DNA of 64,000 nucleotides from Candidatus Marinacidobacterales bacterium. GTDB lineage: Bacteria > Acidobacteriota > Vicinamibacteria > Marinacidobacterales > SMYC01. The translations under genes and the position numbers were made by a program. How positions within the stretch are numbered: position 1 is the first letter of the stretch; every line of letters starts with the position of its first letter. The notes beneath the pieces are model-generated. The model ran no database searches. It was given only the letters and a program-made list of their open reading frames with translations, and was not told the DNA's origin. Location: assembly GCA_965224085.1 (NCBI GenBank), contig CBDCYI010000005.1:2048001-2112000 (forward strand), read 5' to 3'. Shown in pieces: positions 48,957 through 59,960 of the stretch.

Positions 48957-51900
48957 CAGACCTTCGCTTTCTCAAGGTTGACGAGAAACCCTTTGTATTC
49001 CGGCGTTCCCGAGTTGGGGTCCAATACGGACGGCGTCAGGTTATTGACGAGCGGACCTTTCGTCCGGCCGAGATAGCCCCAATGGATCGGAAGCCCCACT
49101 TGGTAAATCGTGCGCCCTCCTGCTTGGAGTGGACGGATGCGCTTCGTCACCATCGCCGGACCCTCGGCCGTACCGCGTGCCGACGTCACCCGAACCCGGT
49201 CTCCATTCCGTATGCCTTTTTCGTTCGCGAGCGGTTCGGGGATCTCGACAAAGAAGCTCGACTGCAAGAGCGAGTTGGTCTCGACGTGTTTCGTCCAATA
49301 ATGAAAATGCTCGGTCAAGCGATAAGTGAGCGCGACATAAGGGTAGTCCTCGGCGGTTCCGAGCGGATCGAGATCGCCTTCGAAGATCGTCGCCATCGGA
49401 TTGGTCCCCACCGCTTTATGCATGGCGTTATCGACAGGAGACTCCACCGGCTCGTAATGCTCGGGGAAAGGGCCTTCGGCGAAATCCGGAGCAAAGAGCT
49501 TTGCGACCCCCTCGGGAAGCATGATGAACGAGCCCAGTGCATCGGGCGGCGCGTCGGCTTTGAAATCGGGAACGTCGCCGACATAGCGATTCCCTTGCCA
49601 GCGAATGGCCGCGCGCGTTTCATCCCAAGGCATCCCGTTCGCATCCGCGGAGGCGCGGTTGTAGAGAACGCGCCGATTGGCGGGCCAGCTCCAGGACCAG
49701 TTCGCATGAAGGCCGAGCCCGGTCGGATCGTCTTGGCCGCGCCGTGCCATTTGGTTGCCGTCCTCGGTAAAAGAACCCGCATAGAGCCAGTTGCCGCAAC
49801 GGGTCGATCCGTCATCCCGAAGCGCACCGAAGCCCGGAACTTGCCGTCCGCTGGCGAGCTCTTGTCCGTTGACTTCCTTCGCAACTTCCTCGAGATCGGG
49901 AGAGACGGCATTGCCGTAGTCCCACGCGATGTCCATCAGCGGCTCGGGCGAAGCGCCCCCTTCTTGCTCGTAAAGCTCCCGTATCTTCAGGAAGAGGCGG
50001 GCTACGATCTCTTGGTCCGGCTTCGCGTCGCCCGGCGGCGGGAGCGCCGCGCGCTTCCACTGAAGCCACCGGGAGGAGTTGACGAAAGCGCCGTCCTTCT
50101 CGGCGAAACAGGCTGCCGGGAGCAAGAACACCTCGGTGTCGACCGCGGAAGCGTCCGGCGCCTCGCCGTAATATTCCTCTGCCAGCTTCTTCGCGTTCCA
50201 AAACGCCGCGGTCTCGGTCTCGAAGTTCTCGACGACGATCATCCACTTTAGTTTGCGGAGCGCTGCGAGCATCTTCGGCGAGTTGGGACCGTTGGCTACC
50301 GGATTCATCCCGAACGAGATCAACCCCTCGACCTCGCCCTTGTGCATGCGGTCGAACAAGAACCCCCAGCCGAAGTTGTCGTTCTCGCCGACTTTCGGAA
50401 GATGATCGTAGGCGAAATCGTTCGCGCGCGTCGCCTTGTCGCCGTAATAGGCTTTGAGGAGGCTCACGATAAATTTGGACGTGTTGCTCCAATAGTTGAG
50501 CGCTTTGGGGCGAAGCGCCCGCGGGGAATTGGCGTCGACATAGTCTTCGAGGGTCTGCCAGTCGGCGCGAGGCACTTTGACGTAGCCTGGGAGCATGTTC
50601 CACGCACCCATGTCAGTCGCGCCTTGGATGTTCGAATGGCCGCGCTGCGCGTTCACACCTCCGCCGGGCATCCCGATATTGCCGAGAAGAAGCTGCAGCA
50701 TCGCCGCCGCGTGGATGAGCTGCACCGAGTGGCTGTGCTGCGTCCAGCCGAGCGCATAGAGTATCGTCCCCGCGCGACCCGCGCGACCGGTGGAGCAAAC
50801 GACCTCCGCAACACGGTTGAACTCCTCCACCGTGCAACCGCAAATATCGGCGACGCGTTCCGCGGTGTAGCGGGCATAATGCTGCGTCAAGAGCTGAAAA
50901 ACAGAGCGCGGGTGGCCGAGAGAGGCGTCGACACGCGCATAGCCTGTGCTGTCGAGCTCATATTGCCAGCTCGTCTTGTCGTATTTCTTTGACGCACCAT
51001 CCCATCCCGTAAAGTAGCCGTTGTCGAAACCGAAGCCTTCCTTCACGAGAAAAGGTGCGTTCGTGTGCTCCTTGACATAGTCGCTGTGATAGAGGTCGTT
51101 ACTGAGCGCGTAGTGGATGAGCCCAGCGAGAAAAGCGATATCGCTGCCCGAGCGCAGCGGCACGTAGACATCAGAGACGGCCGCGGTGCGGGTGAACCGC
51201 GGATCGACACACACGATCTTCGCCTTCCGGCGCTTCTTCGCCTCCATGGCGAAGCGGAAACCCACCGGATGGTTCTCCGCGGGGTTTCCGCCCATGACGA
51301 GGACGACGTCGGTGTTGGCGACGTCGGTCCAGCCATTCGTCATCGCGCCCCGTCCGAAGGTGGCGGCCAAACTGGCCACCGTGGGGCCGTGTCAGAGCCG
51401 GGCCTGGTTCTCGTAGGTGACGATACCCAGGCCGAAGCGGAATTTTCCGAGAAGGTAATTGATCTCGTTCGTGTCGGTGCAGCCGCCGATGAGTGCCGTG
51501 TTCTCGAGGCGATTCACGGTGCGCCCGTCGCTGTCTTCGGCCTCGAAGCCCGCGTCACGGGTGTCTTTGATCCTGCGCGCTATCCGCTCGATGGCGTCGT
51601 CCCACGAAATGGGCGTCCACTCCGTGGCGCCGGGGGCGCGATAAAGGGTCTTCGTCAAACGGCGGTCATTGACGACGTATTGTTTTAGCGAGATGCCTTT
51701 GGAACAGAGCGTACCGCGGTTGATCGGGCTATCCGTGTCGCCTTCGATGTGGACGACGGTCGGCTTCACGTTCTTCGCGCGGTCGCCGAGCGTATGGATG
51801 ACAACACCGCATCCGACGGCGCAGTAAGGACAGACGCTCTGGGTCTGGGTGGTGCGGGCGATCTTCAGCTCTTTCGCGCGACGCGCCGCCTCGCTCAAGT

Positions 51901-51970
51901 CGAAGCCGAAAGCGGTGGTCGCGAGAGCGGTCGCGCTCGCTTGAAAGAATTGTCGCCGGGATAGATCCAC
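48956..51970 (-). CDS. fdnG: Formate dehydrogenase alpha subunit, selenocysteine-containing (UGA at 51392-51394)
   Basis: Tat signal SRRQFF, CPYCAVGC, NQARL-U-HGPTVASLAATFGRGAMTN; the two ORFs are in frame. Confidence 0.95.
51362..51380 (-). promoter_or_regulatory. SECIS element of fdnG
   Basis: GGUGGCCA-GUU-UGGCCGCC hairpin starting 11 nt after the UGA, as in enterobacterial fdh genes. Confidence 0.85.
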
Positions 51971-52101
51971 GGGTACCCTCCCGATGGATTGGGTATCACG
52001 GTCGGTCGGTGGCTGTCAAAGCGAGCGGAAGGGTCCTAGCAAGAAGATCGCTCCCGCCCACGATCGGATCAAACTGAGATTGGCACACTCTCTGAAGAGC
52101 C

Positions 52102-52284
52102 GTCGACTCGCTACAGCTGACCGCGAACTATCAAGTGGCGACACCCGTGAACTGGAAGGACGGCGATGACGTCATCATCGTACCCGCGGTGAGCAACGAA
52201 GAGGCGGAAAAGAAGTTTGCCACGGGTTTCAAAGAAGTGAAACCCTACTTGCGCGTGACCCCGCAACCGAATCGCGACGCGTAA
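52102..52284 (+). pseudogene. C-terminal fragment of a 1-Cys peroxiredoxin
   Basis: VDSLQLTANYQVATPVNWKDGDDVIIVPAVSNEEA...PYLRVTPQP; no N-terminal part upstream. Confidence 0.8.
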
Positions 52285-52321
52285 GCCCGCTGCACGGAGC
52301 TTGTTAGGCGATCCCCCGGCG

Positions 52322-52687
52322 TCAAGCCGGGGGATCCACATCCGAGTGTACGCCGTAAAAGGTGTTGGTCTTGGCGGCCATGACGAAATCGTTGCGGTGT
52401 AGGCCTCGTATCTTGTGGGTCCACCAAGAGACCGTGACGCGACCCCACTCGGTGAGGATCGCTGGATGGTGACCCTCGCTTTCAGCCAGCTCGCCGACCT
52501 TCTGCGTAAACGCCAGCGCTTCGGCAAAGTTCTTGAAGCTGAAGACGCGGTTGAGGCGAGGGATGTCCTCCTCAGTCAGGACCTGCCACTCCGGGGTTTC
52601 GGGCTTCAGGTGCGCGATTTCTGAGTCGTTGAGTCTTGGCGCGTCGCGTCGGCAGGCCACGCACTTTTCCTGAATCAACTTACCCAT
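52322..52687 (-). CDS. phhB: Pterin-4-alpha-carbinolamine dehydratase
   Basis: F.FKNF.EA..F, EGHHP, WWTH.I.GL..NDF.MAA. Confidence 0.9.
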   Translation of the reverse strand: MGKLIQEKCVACRRDAPRLNDSEIAHLKPETPEWQVLTEEDIPRLNRVFSFKNFAEALAFTQKVGELAESEGHHPAILTEWGRVTVSWWTHKIRGLHRNDFVMAAKTNTFYGVHSDVDPPA

Positions 52688-52694
52688 GAATTCC

Positions 52695-53006
52695 TTAGGA
52701 CATCTCGACTTCGACGTCGTCCCCCTCGACACGCACGTTGTAGGATGTCACTTCCGCTGGCGCGGGTGGCGTCAGGTTCTTGCCAGTGCAGACATCGAAG
52801 TTGGCTCCGTGCCACGGACAGGTCACCGTGCTACCCTCGAGCGATCCCTCGGACAGAGGGCCTCCACGGTGCGTACAGGTGTCCGCGATTGCGTAGCAGG
52901 TCCCATCTACGTTGAAAAGAGCAATCTTGTTTCCGGAAACCTCGACGGCCATACCTTGCCCCGGGGCAAGGTTCTTGGTCTCTGCGACCTTGTGAAAGGT
53001 TCCCAT
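52695..53006 (-). CDS. Rieske [2Fe-2S] ferredoxin
   Basis: CTHRGGPL...CPWHG..FD..TG. Confidence 0.92.
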   Translation of the reverse strand: MGTFHKVAETKNLAPGQGMAVEVSGNKIALFNVDGTCYAIADTCTHRGGPLSEGSLEGSTVTCPWHGANFDVCTGKNLTPPAPAEVTSYNVRVEGDDVEVEMS

Positions 53007-53294
53007 CGCGATAAGTCCTCCCTGACACGACCATTGTAACGGCGCCGCCGAGATAACTCAAAGCGCAGGGTCGACGCAGTAACCGCTTGTGCTGCGCGGA
53101 GATCGACCTCGACGAGGCGCGATTCTTTCTGAGCGACGCGAGAGAGCAGGTCTTGAGAATCGCCCGGGGAGGCTTCTGCCGTGAGGGACGTTTTCCGGGT
53201 AGGCTCGGCGAGTGGGCGTGATGGCGGTTCTCGTTTTGGCTGCCGTTTTGTGGGTGATAACCGGGGGCTCCCCGAGATCTCGGGCGCTCCCGAT

Positions 53295-53615
53295 ATGGTG
53301 TGGATAACGCTCGGGGTCGTCGTCGTCTTGGTGTGGGCCGTCCTCTTCAACCGTCTCGTCCAGTTTCGCAATCGTGCGGCCGGGTCCTGGGCGGATATCG
53401 ACGTGCAGCTCAAGCGGCGCTACGATCTGGTTGGAAGCCTCGCGGACGCCGTGAAAGGCTATGCCCAGCACGAACGGCAGGTGTATCTACCCGAAGCTTT
53501 TTCGAAGGATGCGGAGGAGACACCGTTCAACTGAGCGTATCCACAGATTTCCCCTGACGGAAAATGGCTTGCCTACTCCGCGAACGAGTCCGGTCGGCCG
53601 GAAGTCTACGTTCAG
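53295..53615 (+). pseudogene. LemA N-terminal fragment fused to a PD40 repeat fragment
   Basis: N.LV..RN....W.DIDVQLKRRYDL...L...VKGYA.HE, then ISPDGKWLAYSANESGRPEVYVQ. Confidence 0.75.
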
Positions 53616-54244
53616 TACCCGCCGTCGTCTTCCTCCGGGAGCATTTCCTGGGACGACAACTCTTTCCACGTGCTCAGAATGGCGTTCTCTACACCTACGC
53701 CTGCGAGCCTGTCGCCAACCGGGCCAGGGTCTGATTTCAGCTCGGGAAAAGCGAGCAGTAGCATCGCGATGTCGCGCCAGTCGGTACCAGATTTCGGTTT
53801 TCCGCGCCGCTCGTGAAACGCAATGACCTTCGATGCAACGAGCACATCCGGCGCCATGACCAAGATCTTGGATATGCGTCGAGCGGGCGGGAGCTCCTCG
53901 ACCACACGAATATCGACGAGATGGCGATTCTTCGGCTTACGAACCTGATAGAGGCGAAAGGCCAGTCCGTCCTTTATCGTCCGGATGCGTATCGATATTC
54001 GGAAGAGCGCATGAAGATGGTCGCGCAGTTCCGCGGCTAGCTCGGATGCGCGATCCGAGAGGATGTCTACATCCTGCGTCATACGAGCCTCGTCGACATA
54101 GGCGTTGACGGCTTGCGCACCATAGACGACAGCATCGTCACGGCCCTGAAGGAATTCCAATACAGCATTCTGTATGCCCGAAAGAGGCAGCTTCTCTTTC
54201 ACGGCGAACTCCCTGAACGTAAGGGTTCCTTCTCCAAGTACCAT
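53612..54244 (-). CDS. Nucleotidyltransferase-fold protein (AbiEii-like)
   Basis: VYGAQAVNAY...RMTQDVDI, L.A.K..A...R, D..DI..L. Confidence 0.7.
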   Translation of the reverse strand: MVLGEGTLTFREFAVKEKLPLSGIQNAVLEFLQGRDDAVVYGAQAVNAYVDEARMTQDVDILSDRASELAAELRDHLHALFRISIRIRTIKDGLAFRLYQVRKPKNRHLVDIRVVEELPPARRISKILVMAPDVLVASKVIAFHERRGKPKSGTDWRDIAMLLLAFPELKSDPGPVGDRLAGVGVENAILSTWKELSSQEMLPEEDDGGY

Positions 54245-54373
54245 CTCATACCTTCAGCGATCGTCGCACTTGTGAGGTTAATCCACGCCACGCTCAACCG
54301 CAAAGCCTACGTCTGAGAATTAGGCCACCGCAAACCGACCCGCCGGTGGCTCCAAAAGGGAGCAGCGGTTATA

Positions 54374-55735
54374 GTGGTCTCCTTGCACCTCATACTCGCT
54401 GCCTTCGCCATCGCTGCCGCCCCCAACCATCAGCTCGCCATGTCGGCGCACCACCTTTGCTCGGGGGTTTTCGTCGTGGGACGCGACATGGCCCGGAGCC
54501 CGGAAGTGGTCATCGACCACGACGTACGGCGCTTCGACTTTTTCCAGTGGGGGGACGACTTCGAGTACGCCGTCGACATGGACGAAAAGACCGCGCGCGT
54601 TTGGGTAGCTGGCGGCCCATCCTGGACGGCGCAATATAACGGCGACCAGGGCTGCACCATCCTTCCCCAAGGCGCGAGCAACGTCTTCTTCGAGCCCAAG
54701 AAGATCCCGTCGAAACTTCCCGACGCCGAAACGCAAGCTTGGCCGACTGGCGATGCCGGCGCTGAAGCACTCGCACCCGAGATCGACGACGCGCTCGATT
54801 GGGCGATGGCGCAGAAAACGCAGTTCACGCGGGCCGCTCGTCGTCGTTCACAAAGGGAAGATCATCGGAGAGCGCTACGCCGAAGGCTTCAAAAAGAACA
54901 CGCCGCAGATTAGCTGGTCGCAAGGAAAGAGCATCACTTCGGCGCTCATTGCCGTCCTCGTGCACCAAGGGGAGCTGCGCGTCGATGACCGCGCGCCCGT
55001 GTCGGAATGGCACGGCGAGGGTGACCCGCGCCGCGCGATCCAAGTGAAGCATCTCTTGCATCTCTTGCGCATGTCGAGCGGTCTCGACTTCAAGAATTAC
55101 GGGATCGATAATCCGAACTCGTGGACCACGGAGAACGAGCACTTCGCATTTATCATGACGCCATCAACGTCTTCGACCACGCGGTGGATCAACCGCTCGA
55201 GATCCCTCCGGACAGCCAGTTTCGCTACCGGAACTCCGACCCGCTCACGCTCGGGAGCATCATTCGCCAAATCGTCGAAGCCCGCGGCGATAGCTACCTC
55301 GCCTTCCCGCGCGAAGCGCTCTTCGACAAAATCGGCGCGCGCGACTACGTGCTCGAGACGGACGCTTATGGCAACTTCATCATGACGGGCTACGACTACG
55401 GCTCCGCGATGGACTGGGCGCGGTTCGGGCTCCTCCATTTGTGGGACGGGGTCTGGGAAGGCGAGCGGCTCTTGCCCGAGGGTTGGATTGACTTCATCAC
55501 CGAGCCCGCGCCCGGCGATCCCACGAAAGGCTATGGCGCTCTGTTTTGGCTCAACCGCGGCGGCGCTCTTGGCCGAGTGCCTGAGGATGCGTATTGGGCC
55601 GCAGGCTTCATGGGGCAGCGCACGACGATCATCCCATCGCGCGACATGGTCGTCGTTCGTCTGGGGCCGAGCCCGGAGGGTTTCTCGGACTACATCAACG
55701 ACGTGATCGGCCGCATCCTCGAGGCCGTGCCGTGA
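54374..55735 (+). pseudogene. Serine hydrolase (beta-lactamase-like), split by two frameshifts near 54835 and 55140
   Basis: WSQGKS (SxxK), LLRMSSGL, FRYRNSD, DWARFG.L.L.DG.W, YG..FWLN, G..GQ...IIPS.D.VVVR across three frames. Confidence 0.8.
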
Positions 55736-56427
55736 TACGGGCGGCCGCCCTCGCCCTGGCCGTCGGCGCTTGCGGCGGGAGCACGTCGCGCGTGCCGGTA
55801 GACGGCCCTTTCATCTACGTTCTTTTCGACGAGCGCCACGATCTCGAAGGTGGTGAGCCGGTACGCGTGCACGGGTTCGACGTCGGCTTTATCGAAGGCG
55901 TGGACATCGCCGACGCCCGCGTCCGCGCCAAGCTCGTCCTGAAGCCCGAGATCCTCGGACAGCTGACTGAAGACTCCACGTTCTCGGTGGAAGACGATGA
56001 CGGGCTCTACCTCGAAGCTCACGTGATCGATCCCGAAGCGACGACGCTGACGCAGGGGGCGACGGTGGACGGGGTCGACTCCGGTTGGGAGCTCGCTTAT
56101 CGGCGCGCGGGGCGAAGCGCCTCCGGGCTCGCAGAGGACGTGCAAGGCTCCGAATGGTGGAAGAAGGCCACCGAGCTCGTCGATGCGATGAAGCACGAGC
56201 TCGAGGAAATCGATTGGAGCGAGGAAGAAAAGGAAATCCACGAGCACTGGTGGGAAGTGGTTCGCGAGATGGAAGAGCTCACTGGCGAGAGCTCGGAGGA
56301 GCTGCGCGAGCGCGTCGACGATATCGTCAAAGAGCTCGAGGAGCTCGGCCGCTCGGACGAAGCGCAAAAGCTGCGAGAGCGCTTCGAGAAGCTTGTGGAA
56401 GCGCTGCGCGAAGGCGACGACCCCTGA
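55732..56427 (+). CDS. MCE/MlaD-domain lipoprotein with acidic helical C-terminus
   Basis: GTG overlaps the previous stop; lipobox AVGAC; L..G.PV...G..VG.I..V motif. Confidence 0.65.
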   Translation: MIRAAALALAVGACGGSTSRVPVDGPFIYVLFDERHDLEGGEPVRVHGFDVGFIEGVDIADARVRAKLVLKPEILGQLTEDSTFSVEDDDGLYLEAHVIDPEATTLTQGATVDGVDSGWELAYRRAGRSASGLAEDVQGSEWWKKATELVDAMKHELEEIDWSEEEKEIHEHWWEVVREMEELTGESSEELRERVDDIVKELEELGRSDEAQKLRERFEKLVEALREGDDP

Positions 56428-56437
56428 GGCAAGGACG

Positions 56438-56557
56438 ATGGAAGAGCTCGAGAACCCAGAGAAGCAGGCGCGCCTCGAGAAGTGGATCCCCTATCTCTGG
56501 CTGCCTCCATTCGCACTGATCGTGGTCATGTTTGTCGCAGCCTATTGCGGCAGGTAG
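56438..56557 (+). CDS. Small single-pass membrane protein (39 aa)
   Basis: AAGGA RBS; MEELENPEKQARLEKWIPYLWLPPFALIVVMFVAAYCGR fills the operon gap. Confidence 0.5.
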   Translation: MEELENPEKQARLEKWIPYLWLPPFALIVVMFVAAYCGR

Positions 56558-56563
56558 GAGCCA

Positions 56564-57217
56564 GTGGACGATTTCTCACTACAGGTGACCGGTTGGCTCT
56601 TCGTTGCCGCCGCAGCGATGACGTGGACGGGCATCACGTTCTTGCCCGCTCGTATCGGAAGCTTTTTCGAGCGCGAGGACTGCGCTCGCGTGCTGGAGCG
56701 GTTCAGAGTTTGGATCTGGTTGTATCGGATCCATCTCTTCGGTTATATCATCGCCCTGATGGCCTTCGTCGCGCTCGCAACGCTCTTGTCGGATGTGCCC
56801 GCCCGCATCGTGATTTGGCCCGCCGTCGCGGTTTGCGGGGCGGGACTCTTGACAACGGCTCTCGCCGGTGCGTTCTACTATCACTTCGGTGCTTGGGGCG
56901 CGCTCGACATGAAAGGACGTTCACCGGAAGCCGTGGACGGTTTCGTAGCATCGTTGCGTGTCACCACCGAATACGTGACGTGTTTCGTTCGCTTCGGCCG
57001 CGTCTTCTTCGGTCTCGGACAGCTCGTGCTCGCCATCGGTTTGCTCTACGGCGGGCTCGTGCCGACATGGGTAGGGGCGAGCGCCGCGATATTGGGCATC
57101 GCCGCCATGGCACTCACGATGGGCCTCCCCGACGATCTTCACCTCTATCGCTACATCTTCCACCTCAACAACCTTTGGCTCGTCGCCTTGGGACTAGTGG
57201 TCCTCAGGCTCCAATGA
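56564..57217 (+). CDS. Multi-pass membrane protein of unknown function
   Basis: About six hydrophobic segments; RBS AGGAG. Confidence 0.75.
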   Translation: MDDFSLQVTGWLFVAAAAMTWTGITFLPARIGSFFEREDCARVLERFRVWIWLYRIHLFGYIIALMAFVALATLLSDVPARIVIWPAVAVCGAGLLTTALAGAFYYHFGAWGALDMKGRSPEAVDGFVASLRVTTEYVTCFVRFGRVFFGLGQLVLAIGLLYGGLVPTWVGASAAILGIAAMALTMGLPDDLHLYRYIFHLNNLWLVALGLVVLRLQ

Positions 57218-57235
57218 TCCCGAATCGATACGAAA

Positions 57236-57706
57236 TTGAAAAAAGACCAGATCAACGAGCTCGACCGTGCCGTCCGCGCATTCGAGCGCGTCATCATGGA
57301 GTTCGACCCGGACGCTTTTCTCGAAAGGCTCGGTGGTTGGACCCCTCGAGACGTCGTTGCCCATCTGGTCGGGTGGAACGTCTACGTCGTTGATGGAAGC
57401 CGTCAGCTCCAGCGCGGCGAGCTTCCGTTCTACGATCAGGACCCGGGCGACAACTACGCAAAAGTAAATGCCGAACTGATCCGGAAGCACCGGTCGACCG
57501 ATCGCAACACGCTCGTGCTCGCGCTCGAGAGCTCCGCGAATGCGCTCAAGGCTTTTCTACGAGATATCGAAGACTGGGCCTGGGAGCGCGACTTCGGTGT
57601 CCGGCATGGAGACGAAACGCGCACGGTCCGCGGCACCGTGACCGACTTGATCCAGGACTACGATCATCACCGCCGTCAGATCGAAACGTGGTCGGGAACC
57701 GCGTAA
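57236..57706 (+). CDS. DinB/ClbS-DfsB-like four-helix bundle protein
   Basis: WT.RDVVAHL.GW near the N-terminus and HH..QI near the C-terminus. Confidence 0.7.
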   Translation: MKKDQINELDRAVRAFERVIMEFDPDAFLERLGGWTPRDVVAHLVGWNVYVVDGSRQLQRGELPFYDQDPGDNYAKVNAELIRKHRSTDRNTLVLALESSANALKAFLRDIEDWAWERDFGVRHGDETRTVRGTVTDLIQDYDHHRRQIETWSGTA

Positions 57707-57716
57707 AGTGCTCCCA

Positions 57717-58270
57717 CTACGCGACGCCCGTGCCCTCGTCTTCGCTGTCAGCTTCCGGCGCCTCGACGTCCTTGCGCGCTTCCCGCATTTCGCCCGATCT
57801 TCGGTGGGGGGCGGCCGTGGCGATCTGGCGAATACGAGGGTCGGGATCGTCCACAACTTTGCGAAGCGCGCCTTGGGCACGCTCGCCGCCAATCTGAGAC
57901 AGCGCAAACGCCGCCGTGGCTCGAACTTGATCGTCCCAACGTTTCCCCCCCAGATGAGAAATTTGCGCGCCGTGAGGACGTCTTCGAGAGCGGGCACGGC
58001 GACGGGGTCGCCGAGCTGCGCGAGCGCCTGCGCACATGCGATGGCGCGTTCATGCTCTTTGGTCACTTCGAGAGTCGAGACGAGAGCGCCGACGGCATGA
58101 GCGGACTGCAGATTGGCCAGGCTCCGAATCGCGCCTTTGGCAACACCGATGTCCTCGTGGCGGGCGAAATCGACGAGCAGCTCGAGGACTTGTTTGTCGT
58201 TGAGGCGCTCGGTCAACCGAAAAGCGGCCCGGCGCACTTTCGGGTTGACGTCCGACAAGCAGAACGCTAG
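57717..58270 (-). pseudogene. HEAT-repeat protein, 5' part cut off by the IS array, frameshift in a C7 run near 57948
   Basis: D.NP.VRRAA...L, A.AL..LGDP.AV..L, D.DP.IR..A repeats across two frames. Confidence 0.7.
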
Positions 58271-59960
58271 CTAGTTCCTGTCCAGAAACACCATAACTTG
58301 TGGTGTACGAGAGGCCTATCGAAGATGTGGGTATTATACGTTTTCAGTCGGCACCTCGTAGGCTCGGAAGCGAATGAAAATCTTGGACGAAACGAGAGGC
58401 GAATCGTCAGCAATCCATGGCTATAAACGCAGTAAGAGTAATCATTATTATCGTAATAGGTGCCTTGCCATTACCAACAGGTTGCAGGTGATGATGGAAC
58501 TCCATACGTAGGATTTGAAAGAAGGCAATGAGCGCCATGTGCATCGGTCGAGACCAAAGACTCGTTTCAAGAACGAAATGACGCCTTCGATTCCGCAGCG
58601 AAATCGCCGTAGGCGTTGATAGACCCAGGAACTCTTGACCATATCGGTCACCGCGAAGTGAGCCTTGGTAAAGGCAACATCTTCAACTCCCTTGCCTTTG
58701 ATGGCTTCCAAGTTTGCCTTTGAAGAAAACGCGCCATCGTAGGCAACCTGGCGCGGGGCCCGTTCGTAGAGTTCGACTTGACGGTCGATCATGGTTTCCG
58801 CGAGAGTTGAATCGGACGGATTCCCATCCAAGATCACGCAATCCAAAATCATCGAGGACGAGCCACCAGTCAAACACACCTTGTGACCGTAGAGAGTCTC
58901 GCGCCGGTCTTTGCGAATAATGTCGGTGTGTTCTTCGAAGATCGAAACGACCTTTTCCTCCGCAGGCACACGCTCTTCATCAATCACTCTACGCCGAGTT
59001 TGGTTGATGACTTTTTCGGTGAGGACGAGAAAGTGCTTAAAATCCGCGGCGATCTTCTCCGCACTCGCTCGCTTCACCGGCTCGGTCAAGCCGGACTCGT
59101 CCAACTGGTCTGCAACGCGTTGAGCGGAGCGATAGGTTTCTTCCGACACCTTCAGTAGATCTCGATAGACGCGACGCCTTTGTTCCTTATCCTTCGCGTT
59201 TAGAACTCCCAGTCGACGTCTCTTCGCTCGACGCGTTCGATTGCCGAAGACCACTACTGTACCCAGCAGTTCGCGAGTTCGGCACATGAGGCGAGTGAGA
59301 ACTCGGACGCAGTCATAAAGAAGCTCGGAGTCCGTAGGAGAATGAATATTCGACTCCACTACCGTGCAGTCCACTCGTACTTTTCTTCCTTTTTCGATCG
59401 CGGTCTTCTCGGCAACACTCACCAACTCTCGGTTGATTTTCTCCAGCGTTTCGAACTTCACGGCTTTGATGTTTGCTGCTAGGGTCGACTTCGACGGGCT
59501 CGGCTCTATGATGCCGAGCTGGCAAAACGTCCGATAGCTTCGAGAGTCTGCCAAGTGAAACGCCAGCTCCCGATAGGTGAACTGATTCAGCTGCTTGACC
59601 AACAACGCCCGGAGAACCTGCTCCGCGCTCATTCCCCCACGACCAACATCGCTCCCTGCCGATGGGGTGACCGACCTCAGGTCTTGCAGTACCAGCTCAT
59701 TCAGCTTAGGATGGGCATCGAGCAGCGATGATATCGTTTCGAGCTCGCGTGCGTGCTCCAGCTCCAGCCAGGGCTCGCGAAGGCTTGGTTGTGGGTTGAT
59801 CGTTTTTCGCATTTAGGGCTGGTCTCCTTTGGAGTTAAGTCGTTTAGAATCTGCGTTTTTGTCGACTCGATACTAAACGACACTCCCTCAGAAGGCTAGC
59901 CCTAAATTTGCGATTACCCCTTTTTTCTCAACCTCTTACACCTGTCAGGACGGGTACTAG
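58271..59960 (-). mobile_element. ISNCY/IS5-like insertion sequence A, copy 1
   Basis: CTAG-bounded; imperfect TIRs ttcctgtccaga / tacccgtcctga; contains a DDE transposase. Confidence 0.9.
58448..59812 (-). CDS. ISNCY/IS5-like DDE transposase
   Basis: RVDCTVVESNIH.PTDS.LL, GNPSD, AYDGAF, R.GIEG.IS.LKR. Confidence 0.92.
   Translation of the reverse strand: MRKTINPQPSLREPWLELEHARELETISSLLDAHPKLNELVLQDLRSVTPSAGSDVGRGGMSAEQVLRALLVKQLNQFTYRELAFHLADSRSYRTFCQLGIIEPSPSKSTLAANIKAVKFETLEKINRELVSVAEKTAIEKGRKVRVDCTVVESNIHSPTDSELLYDCVRVLTRLMCRTRELLGTVVVFGNRTRRAKRRRLGVLNAKDKEQRRRVYRDLLKVSEETYRSAQRVADQLDESGLTEPVKRASAEKIAADFKHFLVLTEKVINQTRRRVIDEERVPAEEKVVSIFEEHTDIIRKDRRETLYGHKVCLTGGSSSMILDCVILDGNPSDSTLAETMIDRQVELYERAPRQVAYDGAFSSKANLEAIKGKGVEDVAFTKAHFAVTDMVKSSWVYQRLRRFRCGIEGVISFLKRVFGLDRCTWRSLPSFKSYVWSSIITCNLLVMARHLLR

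Noticed and set aside
53520-53545. TGA in the PD40 fragment (TPFN*) as a recoding site
   Set aside because: It lies in chimeric gene debris and the downstream motif is in a different frame.
55050-55068. 9-bp duplication giving HLLHLL in the serine hydrolase
   Set aside because: A single in-frame slip in an error-rich stretch with no evidence of function.
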